A stretch of 64,000 bases of DNA from NCBI RefSeq assembly GCF_006345805.1, contig NC_043010.1, positions 45,446,001-45,510,000 on the forward strand, given 5' to 3'. Position 1 is the first letter of the stretch; the number at the start of each line of letters is the position of its first letter. The DNA is from Octopus sinensis. Taxonomy: Eukaryota. This document shows, in pieces, positions 10,216 through 23,153 of this stretch. Position numbers and translations under genes: made by a program. The notes beneath the pieces were generated by a model. The model saw only the letters and a program-made list of their open reading frames with translations, was not told the DNA's origin and made no database searches.

Positions 10216-11589
10216 AGTCAACCAAAGTGTAATTGTCAGATTAAAAAGATTTGTCTCCTTATTTGAAAATGCTCAACAAAATAGTTATCTACTAAGCAAA
10301 GGTAATATCTCAGGTGTGTAGTATGAAAAAAATAACCTCATGTTTGTATGAGTGAAAGCATCTTTCGATATTTTTGTCTCAGTCATAAATCTGGTATCAG
10401 GAATCAGGAAAAGAAGACTACTACATCCTTGTCTAGATGGGTATGACATGAAAAAAAATTTTTAATTATAGAGAAATTTGACATTTGCTGAATGCAAAAT
10501 ATCCTGCTCTAAATGAGCAGAATGTATAACAGGAAAAAAAAATTATAATAACCAAATTAATATTCTAAACAAAACGATAGACATAATACTAAAATATTAT
10601 CACCAAAACAAATTCTGTTGGGTAGGAGTACTGAATTGGAAACTGGTTATTGATTATAAACAAACAGAGCAACCAAACATTTACAAATGACTCTCTCACT
10701 TCACTGAATATCATTTGGTGAACACCCTTCTGGTGAGAAATTTCAAGTAATGAAAAACAATTTAAGCAACAACACACACATATATATACATACACATGCA
10801 TTCACATGCACACAAATATCTGTTCTTTTTTCATTCCTCATCCACATGCACATATGTGTGCATGCGTTTGTGTGTGTTTATATATGTGTGTAAAAATATG
10901 TATAATTTTTTTACCTCTTACACACACACACACACACATATATATAGGCATGGGTATGTGGTAAGAAGCTTGCTTCCCAACCACATGGTTCCAAGTTCAA
11001 TCCCACTATGTGGTACCTTGGGCAAGAGTCTTCTACTCTAGCCTCAGGTCGACCAAAGCCTTGTGAATGGGTTTGATAGATGGAAACTGAAAGAAGCCCA
11101 TTGTAGTCAATAACCAGCTGGAAAAGATGTTTTCCTGGGGTAAAAAGGTAGTAATATGGTCCTACATAGGACTGCCACCTTACATTGGCAAATAGATTTT
11201 ACTATGCAGTATAGTTACTACTTAGATCCCATTCAGAGATTCAAATCAAGCTGTTTTACTCATTATGAGATCAGTGACTGTCTGTCACTTCTAAGTTTAT
11301 GTAATGTGAGGAGGGTTGAATAAGCTGCTGTCTCTGACCTGCAGTTATTCAGCAACAAGGACAGGAAATTACCCAGAAACCATTGGTCTGATGGTACTGC
11401 TACAGGCTAGGAGGGAGTAGTATGCTCCCTTGCTCACAATATATTTCAGACATAGATCATGTTTCGGTAACCAGCTGGAAAAGATTTTTTCCTGGGGTTA
11501 AAAAGTAGGATCATGGTCCTATGCAGGACTGCCATCTTACATTGGCAAATAGCTTTTACTCTGTGTGTGAGTGTGTGTGTGTGTGTGTG

Positions 11590-11825
11590 TGAGTGTTTGT
11601 GTGTGTGTGTCTTTGTGCCTATGTTTGTCCCCCACCACTACTTGACAACTAGTGCTGGTTTGTTTACATCCCCATAACTTAGCAGTTCAGCAAAAAGAGA
11701 CCAACAGAATAAGTACCAGGCTTTAAAAAAAATTAAATACTGGGGGTTGATTCATTTGACTAAAAGTTCTTCAAGGTGGTGCCTCAGTATGGTCGCATGT
11801 AATGACTGAAACAGATAAAACTAAA
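11590..11825 (+). mobile_element. SINE family B 3' half (its head lies at ~10945-11100)
   Basis: Similarity to 15332-15742. Confidence 0.75.
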
Positions 11826-11906
11826 ACGTATGTATGTATGTATGTATGTATGTATGTATGTATGTATGTATGTATGTATGTATGTATGTATGTATGTATG
11901 TATGTA

Positions 11907-12867
11907 TTGGGTTGTCGGGAAAGTTCATGCCGATTTTTAAAGGAAAGAAAAGGGTCAATAAATACTTGCCATTACATTTTTAATCAACCAAATATGAACC
12001 ATTTTGTTGCACAATGCATCTCCATCTTTCCTTTAACTTGAAAGTACCCTCTCCCCAGAATTGAGGTGGTTTCATGGCAAAGAATTCATCAAGGTATCTT
12101 TTTATGTTATCCAAGGAATTGAAATTTTTACCATTAAGACTATTCTGCAGAGACCTGAATAAGTGGAAATCTGAAGGAGCAATATCTGGTGAATATGGAG
12201 GGTGGAGTGGAGGCGCAATGGCCCAGTGGTTAGGGCAGCGGTCTCGCGGTCAGAGGATCGCGGTTTCGATTCCCAGACAGGGCGTTGTGAGTGTTTATTG
12301 AGCGAAAACACCTAAAGTTCCACGAGGCTCCGGCAGGGGATGGTGGTGATTCCTGCTGTACTCTTTCACCACAACTTTCTCTCACTCTTACTTCCTGTTT
12401 CTGTTGTACCTGTACTTCAAAGGGCCGGCCTTGTCACTCTCTGTGTCACGCTGAATATCCCCGAGAACTACGTTAAGGTTACACGTATCTGTGGAGTGCT
12501 CAGCCACTTACACGTTAATTTCACGAGCAGGCTGTTCCGTTGATTCGGATCAACCGGAACCCTCATCGTCATCACCGACGGAGTGCTTCCATGGAGGGTG
12601 GGGTAACACATCCCAGCCGAGCTGCAGCAATTTTTGTCTGGTTCCCAAAACATCAAGTGCCGAAAATGAACTTTCTTATCTTCCATTTTAAAGGGTTACA
12701 GAATTAACACAGGTTATAGGAACATAAATCTTCTTCTGTGAAAAGATAGCTTAAACTGTGCTCTAAATGGAGGTGTAATCACATCCTATTTTATGGACTC
12801 AACTATGTTCTAAAATAAGTTGAAAGGTAAGCTACTATAAATCAGCACAAACTTTCCAGACAACCCA

Positions 12868-12868
<1 letters not shown>
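11907..12868 (-). mobile_element. Internally deleted mariner with TIRs and TA TSD, inserted in (TATG)n
   Basis: TIRs ttgggttgtcgggaaagtt / aactttccagacaacccaa. N-terminus MEDKKVHFRHLM joins RQKLLQLGWDVLPHPPYSPDIAPSDFHLFRSL (after removing the SINE). Confidence 0.9.
12209..12590 (+). mobile_element. Full-length tRNA-SINE family A with 14-bp TSD
   Basis: A/B boxes present; TSD atggagggtggagt (12195-12208) / atggagggtggggt (12591-12604). Confidence 0.9.
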
Positions 12869-12898
<30 letters not shown>

Positions 12899-13663
12899 TG
12901 TTTTGGTCTGTGGTCCATAAGTCAGAATATATCATCATACACTTCATTTATCTATAGCTGTCCGGATGACAGCTGACAAGTAGATGACCTGAGGTAAAGT
13001 AATATGTCTTGCTCATAAACAATAAAATGTCTTTTGTAGATTTAAACTCACAACGTCAAATTTAACACTTCAATATTTTATCTATTTGACCACATATCAC
13101 TTATATACAAATTTACCTGACGATATATATGTTCTATTCAAGGTGTCTTTGAAATGTTTTCCAAAATATTTATCATGTCATATAAGACATCTATATATCT
13201 TTTGTATAAAACTTGAAATTATGGAAAATTATAAACTCATAAAACAAGATATCATCACCATCGTCATCATCATCAATGTCATCAAATCAATCACCACCAC
13301 CATCACCATCATTGTTATCATTATCATCATCATCATAGAAAACCATTACCCTTCTTGTTTAGGCAAATGAATTGACCCCAGTACATTTTTTTTCTTTTTC
13401 TTTCAGCCTGGTACTAATTCTATTGGTCTCTTTGTCAAACAGCTAAGTTACGGGGGACATAAACATGCCAACACCAGGTGTCAAACTGAGCTGAACAAAG
13501 ACACACTCACACACATATATAATGTGCTTTTTTCAGTTTCCATCTATCAAATCCACTCACAAGGTTTTGGTCAGCCTGAAGCTATAGCAGAAGATGCTTG
13601 CCCAAAGTGCCACATAGTGAGACTGAACCTGGAGAATCATGTGGTTGGGAAGCAAGCTTCTTA

Positions 13664-13904
13664 TTTTTTTTTTTTTTTATTGCCCACAAGGGGCTAAATA
13701 CAGATGGGACAAACAAGGACTGACAAAGAGATTATGTCGATTACATCGACCCCCAATGCGTAACTGGTACTTAATTTATCGACCCCGAAAGGATGAAAGG
13801 CAAAGTCGACCTCGGCAGAATTTGAACTCAGAACGTAGCAGCAGACGAAACACCACTAAGCATTTCGTCTGGCGTGCTAACATTTCTGCCAGCTCACCCC
13901 CTTT
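13664..13904 (-). mobile_element. SINE family C with poly(A) tail and 10-bp TSD, nested in a SINE B copy
   Basis: TSD aagcttctta at 13654-63 and 13905-14; poly-T at the left end. Confidence 0.85.
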
Positions 13905-14589
13905 AAGCTTCTTACCACACATCCACACCTGCACCTATTGTACACATTGCTCGTTTGTCTCAGTAGAAGCTCCACCTTCCTGCATGGATCTAGACACTTC
14001 CATCTCGCTTATGTACAAGTATTTATCTTGTTTTACCAATTTTATTAAATATGTTTACATATGCATATTCATATTTATATTACTTATTCATAATAGATAA
14101 CACAGAACAAATAAAGGCCGTTGCCCAAAATATTAGAGAAACAGGAATTTAAAATAAAATCCCACATTATAAATCATATAAGTTTCTGTTTCATTTGGCA
14201 CAAGCCCCAGATTTTTAAGGGCAAGAAATACATGTTATAATGTTCAAGCTTTTACAAGAATATTTTTAGTATAAATAAAGGGAAATTGTTTCAATGAAAA
14301 TCATGTGGAAGACTTGGCTTGCTTGGAATTTTACCATATATTTAGCAGCACTCACCATATTACTAATGTTACTCTTATCTCCATTAGACAAGTTAACAAC
14401 CAACAAAAGTATCCCAATAGCTTGACCTTCTAGAAATAGCAGCTATATTTTCTTCAAACTAATATCTACCATTTAAAAAAAAAGGCAACAAATATGAAAC
14501 AGAGGTCAATTATGTAACAGTATGCTTGAAAAGATGTGTTGGCCACAGTAGGAATGGCTATGATTTAATAAAAAAGTTCATTATTGATC

Positions 14590-14835
14590 AAAAGGTATCC
14601 GTGCTGGAGACACATCAAAGGTACCTGTGCTGGTGACATATAAGAGGCACCCATGCCAGTGACACATAAAAGATACCCGGCATAAAGTGGTTGGCATTAG
14701 GAAGGGCATTCAGCCATAGAAACCAATCCATAACAAACTGAAGTCTGGTGTTGCTCTCTGACTTACCAGTTCTAGTCAAACCAACTAACCTATGTTGGTA
14801 TGGAAAATGGATGCTAAATGATGATGTAGATGGCG
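14590..14835 (+). mobile_element. Old RTE 3' UTR fragment
   Basis: ggttggcattaggaagggcattcagcc...gatgctaaatgatgatg. Confidence 0.7.
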
Positions 14836-15331
14836 ATGATCACACAAATTAATAACCAAGACAGATATACGTGTCTCACCTAGAAGAAAGTAATGAATAA
14901 CTATAAAGCCAAATCTGTACATTTGCACCTAAACAATAACCAGTGATGGAAGGAATGGTCAAGGCATCACAATAAAACAACACACTCTTACTTAAGGTTA
15001 AACATCATTTTAGAGAAGAAATTTACATTTGCAATTTCACTCTAATTTAGGGATGCCTGTGATGCTCATGATACCAGTGGGGTGCTTAGCTGTTCTAATG
15101 CCTTAGCCTCACCATTACCCATGGTAATTCTGCAGGCAAGTTGGCTTGCTTCAATAGTTTCCACTGAATCTTAGTGTTGAACTGATATTTTTCTTTTTTT
15201 TTCGTTTTCTTTCTTCACTTATGCTTGTGTTTGCTTCAGTTTTGAACTTGTATTTCAATGTGGTTTTTATATTATATAATTTATCATACACACATGTTAT
15301 ATATGGTTATATAAAATTATGAATATCAAGA

Positions 15332-15742
15332 TAGGTGTAGGAGTGACTGTGTGGTAAGTAGCTTGCTTACGAACCCCATGGTTCCGGGTTCAGTCCCACT
15401 GCGTGGCACCTTGGGCAAGTGTCTTCTACTATAGCCTCGGGCCGACCAAAGCCTTGTGAGTGGATTTGGTAGATGGAAACTGAAAGAAGCCTGTCGTATA
15501 TATGTATATATATATGTATGTGTGTGTATATGTTTGTGTATCTGTGTTTGTCCCCCAACATCACTTGACTACCGATGCTGGTGTGTTTACGTCCCAGTAA
15601 CTTAGCGGTTCGGCAAAATAGACCAATAGAATAAGTACTAGACTTACAAAGAATAAGTCCTGGAGTCGATTTGCTCAACTAAAGGTGGTGCTCCAGCATG
15701 GCCACAGTCACATGACTGAAACAAGTAAAAGCATAAAAGAGA
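15332..15742 (+). mobile_element. Full-length SINE family B (tRNA-like head, ccttgggcaag central motif, internal TA/TG repeat, LINE-like tail)
   Basis: Many related copies in the window: 39410-39780, 40200-40575, 57285-57735, 31900-32105 and others. Confidence 0.9.
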
Positions 15743-16399
15743 GTATAATATAAACCTGTAAAGTAAATAAAGTAAGAAAAGTAAAGAACATGGTTTTACT
15801 TGTTTAGGGATTCCCAAACTTTTGGTTCAACATCTCCTGGCTCTTATATCTGCTTATCTCCACCTTGTAGCATATATCAATATAAAAATATAATGGGATA
15901 TAACCTTCAAACAAGTAACAACAAATTCATCTTCTTAAGAATGTTTTCCTTCATAATGTTGTTTTAAATAATCTCAAATCCCCACCATTGAAAGAATGGT
16001 AATATCTAGTCTGTAACCACTGACTGGAATCATATTCCTGTGAAAGAGAAAAGAAGTTTCACATGTTTCATAAGACATTAAGTTGTTATTATATATCTAG
16101 AACCAAGAAATGTCACAACAATAAAGGTTTCAATCAAATATATCATAGACAAAGTTGTTTGATCTGCCAGATATAGGAGACAAATCTACTTCAAGCTACA
16201 TCCTCACATCTTGAAAAAAAATGCACTTTGTTTGTGAAAAAAGAAAAAAAAAAGACAAAATTGGGATGGTTATGGTTGGAAAGCTTTTGTTCATAGATCT
16301 ACTTGTTAAAAGTTGACTCGGAGTTCAACATCAATAACAATTGAAAAATTGCAATTGTGGCAACATCTCACAAACTTATAATGCATTCCATTATAAATA

Positions 16400-16960
16400 T
16401 ATACTTCTTTTTCTGCTCTTAACAAAGCTTCCAACCTACTCAGCTCTAACATGACTCTCATGCAATTTTTTAAGGCACACACGACAGTTTAAGATGATGC
16501 TTTATCTCCATCGATTATTGACACTCTAAAAAGGTCATGGGAGGTCCACAATAGTGTAGCATTTTCATGAGGGAAGCTGCTGCATATACAGTCAGTCATC
16601 TTAGATTCAATTCAGAAAAGGTTCACAAGGTGGCATAAAATCACTCACAGATATTCTCCAACCTCCGTCTCACTGGTATGCTGTCTTCTCCATCACTGTT
16701 ATAATGGCCTCTATTCCTTGGATCTGGCTGAGCTCATGCCATAGTTACTCAAGCATTCCTAACCCACACATCTCTCTTCTTCTCATTACTTTTGTTATAT
16801 CCAACAATCTCGGCCTTGCACTAATCACTGTGGCCAGTCCTTTCTTCACTAAATACTGGCCTTTTAGGAACCTTTCCATACCCATGTCTTTCCCACAAGT
16901 TGACTCACAGGGTTTAGGAGGACCATTATGGACAGCATTCTTATTAGTCTAGGAAGGACT
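16400..16960 (+). mobile_element. Degenerate non-LTR retrotransposon C-terminal fragment (CR1/Jockey-like)
   Basis: Disrupted reading LDSIQKR...HHCYNGLYSLDLAELMP...PFFTK.W..RNL resembles post-RT LINE tails. Confidence 0.5.
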
Positions 16961-17094
16961 GCTTCATATTTAAATAATCTTTTATCTTTCACTTATTTCA
17001 TTTAAGCCTAGTCCTTTTCCTATCAGTCTCTTTTTAGTAAAATGCTACATTACAAGGACATAGGTAAACCAACACAGGTTGTCTAGTGGTCTAT

Positions 17095-18190
17095 CCTTGG
17101 TTGTGGCTGGTTAGAAAGTTACCATTGGTTTCATATCTACTAAGAGACAGAGACTATGCACTTCGAGCCAAAAGGGATGCTTAATGTCTCTTATCATGGT
17201 ACCTAAAATTTGAAAGATGGTTGTTATATCTAGATTTAAATTTTCCTTTTGTGGTTCCAATATAACAATTGATATCTGTATGACCATTGTCATATCTTGC
17301 TGAAACCTGTACTTCATAAACAACAGAAGACATATTGCACTCCTGTCGTAGAGGACATATAGATTTGTCTCTACATGTGCATCTGGGCAGGCTTGAGTTT
17401 TCCATTGCTTATTGATATATGACTTATCATTTGGGAGACAAGAAAACATAACTTATAATGTGTCTGTTTAACATTTTATTGTATCTATGGGTTTTAGGGA
17501 AGTGGATATCTACTAAGTGCAAGAATCTTCTACCTGCATTTGTCCCAACATTGGAGGTGGGGACCGTAAACCTTTCTAAGACCTATTCTTATGCTTAGAT
17601 GATAAGGGAGTGGGACTGAGGGTCACAGAAGATTTTTATCAATAAAGTTGTTATTTTGTAGGGCCTTATAATATGGAACAGCCTTTTTGAGTGTTTCTTT
17701 GGAAGAAGAAAGGTATATGATCCTGCAGCTAATATTTGAAATTAAGTTTTAAAATACAATAGGTGGGTGACAGGAGTATTTGTTAATATATTTAAGGTTC
17801 TAGTTAGTCTTGTGGAAGGGCCTATAGGAATTAGTTTTGAGAACCAACATCTAAAAAATCAGTTGTAGTTAGGTTGGTATTGAAAGATATTTTAAGTCCT
17901 AAAGAGTTGAAGGTAGAAATTAATTGCTTTCTAAAGGAATCCATAGCATGGCCATCATAATTGTGTGATACTGCTAAAATATTGTCATGCTATATACTGA
18001 TGCTATGGCTAGGAAATTTTGAATAAACATGGTTTAATATGTATAAGCCAACTAGATCCCATATATCCATGCTATCATGTGAACTCATTTGGGCATCGTA
18101 AAGTTCACTTTGGTTTTTGATATTGCTGCACCTCCTATGTGTCCATAGCTTACACCAGCACATCTTATAGAGTTTTTACCTACACCTTTA
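17095..18190 (-). pseudogene. Penelope-like element RT + GIY-YIG endonuclease, disrupted
   Basis: RT motifs ..SHDSMDIWDLVGLYILNH, TTDFLDV, YRPFHK, YINKYSCHPP; linker HFPKTHRYNK..FSCLPN; GIY-YIG CTCRDKSICPL..C...VVYEV...YIGTTKGKFKSRYNNH (ORF 17181-17405). Confidence 0.9.
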
Positions 18191-18337
18191 TATATTTATT
18201 ATTATATATATTATTATTACATTATATATGTTATATATTAATATACTAATATATATTATTATATATATTTAATATATCTAATGCATCTTATTTGTTTATC
18301 TGCATAATTGCCTCTATACCTACTCAACTTGTGTCTG

Positions 18338-18389
<52 letters not shown>

Positions 18390-18404
18390 TATATATATAG
18401 TTAT

Positions 18405-19203
18405 TAATAATAAAGAGTATGGATACTTGTACATCCACAACATTTAGTTTACAATTATATACAGCATATTATAATGACCTTCACATATTTCAGATACAGC
18501 AAGTACTCACTGTTGCAAATACAACCTGTAATATTGTTGTTGCAGCTGCATCAGGGTCCATCCATTTGGTCATCCTGACCATTTGATGAACTGACTGAAG
18601 TAAATTATTGTTTGTTAGTATTTTTTGAGGGGTGGTGGAGTTGTTATTTATAGGTATGTGCTTCTGACCTTAAATTCACCCCATGAGCTTGATCTAGAAT
18701 AGATCTAGAGGGCTTGGTCTAGAATTGGTCAAGTTGGAGATTAGTATTTTTGTAAGGTTCTTTGTTTGTTTTAATGGTTGTGCGTGTTATATATCTGATT
18801 TCAAGTGTAGTGCTTGTATTGGAGTGTTGTGCACGTAATGAGTGTAGTGCTTGTAGTACCACTATCATGTTCATTTATATTCATTGTTTGGTTGGGCTGC
18901 TCATGGGGTGAATTTGAGGTCAGCAACACATATTTATAAATAATCCCCCCCCTCACCACGACCACCACCACACCTCATTCAGAACACTAACAAACAAAAA
19001 TTTACTTCAATCAGTTCACTTTGAGTATGACCAAATAGACAGACCCTGATGAAGCTGCAACGGCAATATTGCTAGGTTGCATTTGCAGCAGTGAGTAGTC
19101 GCTGCAACAGAAACACGTGTAGGCCATTATAATAAGCTGAGCATAACTATAAAATAAATCTTGTGAATGTACAAGTCTCCATACTCCATACTCTTTATTA
19201 ATA
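18405..19203. repeat. Inverted pseudo-LTR pair (18405-18688 / 18899-19203) next to the Penelope ORF
   Basis: ctcatggggtgaattt.aggtcag...gaccctgatg.agctgcaac...atactctttatta is present in both orientations; visibly diverged. Confidence 0.85.
19042..19125 (+). ncRNA. Penelope-type minimal hammerhead motif (partly degenerate)
   Basis: CTGATGA 19046-52, GAAA 19110-13, palindromic stem III ACACGTGT, cleavage triplet GTA. Stem I gacc/ggcc and the base of stem II are imperfect. A mutated mirror copy lies at ~18476-18558 (-). Confidence 0.65.
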
Positions 19204-19492
19204 CCAATTTTTATCTTCCAGCGAAGCATACACAGAATTACCCATCGGAAGAATTTACAGAATGGCTAACAACAAATTGTAGTCACAGACGTTAAATACT
19301 GAAGTTGGTACCACATAAAAAACACCCAGTACACTATGTAGAGTGGTTGGCGTTAAGAAGGGCATCCAGCCAAAGAAACCATGCCAGAACAGACAACGGA
19401 GTCTGGTGCTACCCTTAGCCTTTACAAGCTCTGCCCAAACTATTCAATCCATGTCAGTATTGAAAACGGACATTAAATGATGATGATGATGA

Positions 19493-19531
<39 letters not shown>

Positions 19532-20289
19532 CATACACACACACACATATATTATACATATATATAACAGTAATGTATGTGTGTGTTTGTGTATGCATGT
19601 ATATATGCATATTCAATAGAGCAAGTGGTTTTAGCCCTGACATATTGGATTTTGATTGATGAGAATTTTAGTTTCTGTTACTATGGAAACAATAATGAGT
19701 AAAAAAACGAAAATAATATTCCAAACAAAACTCATGAATAATTTGATTGAGTGAGTTATATAGTAAGTGAAGCATACATTCTGAACTGTTTATCCATGCA
19801 ATCTAAACATAATTGTACATGTGTATATGTGTCTACACATTCATATACACATGCACAAAAACACACATGTCACTTTCTGAAAAGTTTCTGATATTCTTTC
19901 CTGTGGATATTTGGTTGACCATTTCCAATAAACATTACATATCAGCTAGGTTCATCTTTTTGTGCATATATTTAAACAATTTTTATGTGTAATACTTATG
20001 TAAGTAAGAAAACCTCTCTAAGTAGTTGTTAGAACTGCTAAAATTTGCAGCCAAATTATATTATAATGTCTTGGGGAAGAAAAGGACACAAAAGATAACA
20101 TAGTGTGAGACATAAATCAAAATCTAAGAGATAGTCATAACTAAAAAGCCTTTGATCAGAAGCCTGCTCAATAAGAGCTCTATAGTAATTCAGTTCAGAG
20201 TTAAGTGAATGACAAAATGAATAGATTATTTACTCTTTATCTTTTGTTTGTTTCAGTCATTGGACTGTGGCCATGTTGAGTCATCATCT

Positions 20290-20519
20290 TTAACCCTTTT
20301 GTTACTGTATTTATTTTGAGATGCTCTGTGTTTCTTTCAATTATTTTAAATATAACAAAGAATTTAGTAAAATAACGTAGTTATCATTCAGCTAGTGTTA
20401 GGAACGTAAATTGTGACTAAGGGTTTGGTGGAAGATTTTAATTCTGAACTTATGAAAACAAGACATTTGTACTACGGAGCCAGAGTCAGTTTTGGCCGGG
20501 TTAGTAACAAAAGGATTAA
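20290..20519. mobile_element. TTAA-flanked MITE family B, nested in a SINE B copy
   Basis: TTAA-CCCTTTTGTTAC ... GTAACAAAAGGA-TTAA; homologous to 30355-30583 and 55509-55736. Confidence 0.85.
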
Positions 20520-20694
20520 GGAATTTCATTAAATACATCAATCCCAGTACGTGTTTCTTTAAGTCTGGTATTTATCCTATCAGTTTCTTTTGCCAAACTG
20601 CTAAGTTATGGAGATGTAATGAAACCAACATTAGCTGTCAAGTGATGGTTGGAGACTAACACAAACACTAAAACACACAGATATATTTGTTTGT

Positions 20695-20992
20695 TTCTTC
20701 TCAAGCCACGCCTGGCTCATACAAGCCGGTTTCCCGGTTTCCTTGGCGTATAGGTTCCCTACCTGGACGGGACGCCAGTCCGTCGCAGGTGAGCTGCAAG
20801 ATGAAGGAGGAGGAAAGAGTGAGAGAAAGTTGAGGCGAAAAAGTCATCAGAAGTTCGCCATTACCTTCTGCCAGAGCCGCATGGAGCTTAGGTGTTTCGC
20901 TCATAAACACACACATCGCCCAGTCTGAGATTCGAACCCGCAGTCCCTTGACTGCAAGTCTGCTGCTCTAACCACTAGGCCATGTGCCTCCA
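20695..20992 (-). mobile_element. tRNA-SINE (family A-like head) with a V-domain-like 3' module
   Basis: Minus strand reads tggcctagtggttagagc..ggttcgaatc, then cctgcgacggactggcgtcccgtccagg, which resembles the V-SINE domain as I recall it. Confidence 0.75.
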
Positions 20993-21604
20993 CACACACA
21001 GATATATAGACATATATGATGGGTTGCTTTCAAGTTGCTTCTATAAATCCACTCACAAGGCTTTGGTCAGCCTGGGATTCCAGTAGAAAACACTTGCTCA
21101 AGATACTAGGCAGTAGGACTAAACCCAGAACCATGTAGCTGAGAAGCAAACTGCTTACCATACAGCTATGCCTGCACCTATTTCACCAAATTCCTTGTAG
21201 TATTTACTTACACCAATCACATTTTGTATTCAAATTATTCTAGGCTGACCTTGTTTTTTATTCTTCAGTGGTGGTGTACATGTCAATAAAATAAATAAAG
21301 GTTATATATTGGGAGGTCAGTCCAGTTAACTATGTTTTGCTTATAAATGTCTTCAGTTTTATGCTAATGCAAGAAACAAACAAACATACTAATTCGAACA
21401 CACACACACACACGTGTGTGTGCGTGTGTGTACCTGTTTATGTTGTTATTTCAACTTTTCATCTGTTAACTATTGGAATTTAGTAATATGTAATTACCTT
21501 TAAATGCATTCCGTAGATTCTTGGCTTTATGTATTCGCATATATCAATTTTTATATAATTTCTCCTTTACATTTTTCACTAATTTGATTTCTCTTTCTCT
21601 TCAT

Positions 21605-21718
21605 TCTGTGTGTATGTGTGCATGTGTGTGTGTGTGTGTGTGTTTGTGCATGTGTGTGAGCGTGTGTGTGTGTGTGTGTGTGTGTGAACGTGTGGTGTGT
21701 GTGTGTGTGCGTGTGCGT

Positions 21719-21760
<42 letters not shown>

Positions 21761-21770
21761 TCTATGAGCT
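21605..21770. repeat. (TG)n imperfect microsatellite
   Basis: Directly visible. Confidence 0.95.
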
Positions 21771-22842
21771 AGTGTAGAGATTTTGGTTGCAGATTGAAAG
21801 GCACCAGGAATCAACAAGATTCCAACAGTGTGGAAAAGGCAAGATGACAAATTCATGTAAATATCTCAACTAGTTGATGTCTTCTTCTTCCAGTCAGGAC
21901 TCACGCCATTAGCCAAAAAGAATAATCTCTAATTCGAGCCTACTCTAAGCTACTAAGAATGCGTGTGGCAACTTGAAGATTCACCCTAAAATGAAGGCCA
22001 TCACATACTATAAGTAATGCCGTTTGTTGATTATTTCACTCTTGTTTCCAACAGTGCAGAGGTCATTGGTGAATATAGAATGCTTGAAAATTTACAAGTG
22101 AAAGACTTGAGTCCTTTAGCACCTTATTTCTGACTTGACTGATAAAGTGGCAAACCTAACTTCATCTCAGTTGAAGACCAAGAGCTGATGGGGGAAAGCC
22201 ACTATATCCAACTGAGTACAGGAAGTAGCAATAGCTGGCTCAGTGACAAATTAGCTAACAGAAAGTCTGAGAGAGTGATTGTGGATAACAAGCATGTATT
22301 ATTTCAAGTATAGTATAAAGTATATTGAGCAATAATGTTATCCACCCTACTACACAGTTTGGAGATATGGATGATATATCGCAAATATATAAAGAAAAAA
22401 AACCAGTTTCTATTTATATGATGCTAAGACAAATAAGTATCAAATGAGAAGACAAGTTTAGAAAAATACATATTAAAGAAAGTCAAGCTTCATAGTAGGG
22501 AAGAAATATTGTAAACATTGGAGGGAAAGTAGGGAAGAGTAGGTGACAACTGTAGAGTTAAAGTGTCTACTGGTTTGGTCATGTCCAAAAATACAGGAAA
22601 CTCAAATTACTGAAAAAATATGATAGTTACAGTTTGCTGGTGATTCAAGAAATTAGGGTAAAACTAAATACAAGAATATGACTAACATAACACAAGGAAA
22701 TTGGAAATAGATACATGACCAGAGTTATAGAAGAGAAAAAAACAGAAATCAGATCACTTCTAATGCTATCATTTCATGTTTCATATGCTGAATCATTGTC
22801 AACTAATAATGAACTGGATAAGCTAATGATGATGATAATGAC

Positions 22843-23150
22843 ATACGTACATACATACATACATATATACATACATACATACATACATACATAATACATA
22901 CATACATACATACATGCATACATGCATACATACATGCATACATGCATACATACATATATACATACATACACATACATGCACATACACACACATACATACA
23001 TGGGTACATATGTACATACATACATAGATACATACATGCATGCATGCATACATACATACATACATGCATACATGCATACATACATACATACATATATACA
23101 TACATGCATACATACATACATACATACATACATACATACATACATACATA
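22843..23150. repeat. (TACA)n/(TGCA) compound microsatellite
   Basis: Directly visible; source of the MYVC/HTYI ORFs. Confidence 0.95.
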
Positions 23151-23153
23151 AAA

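Noticed and set aside
10240-10305. Plus-strand AG...GT mini-exon (LKRFVSLFENAQQNSYLLSK)
   Set aside because: Weak acceptor and no supporting context; expected by chance in AT-rich DNA.
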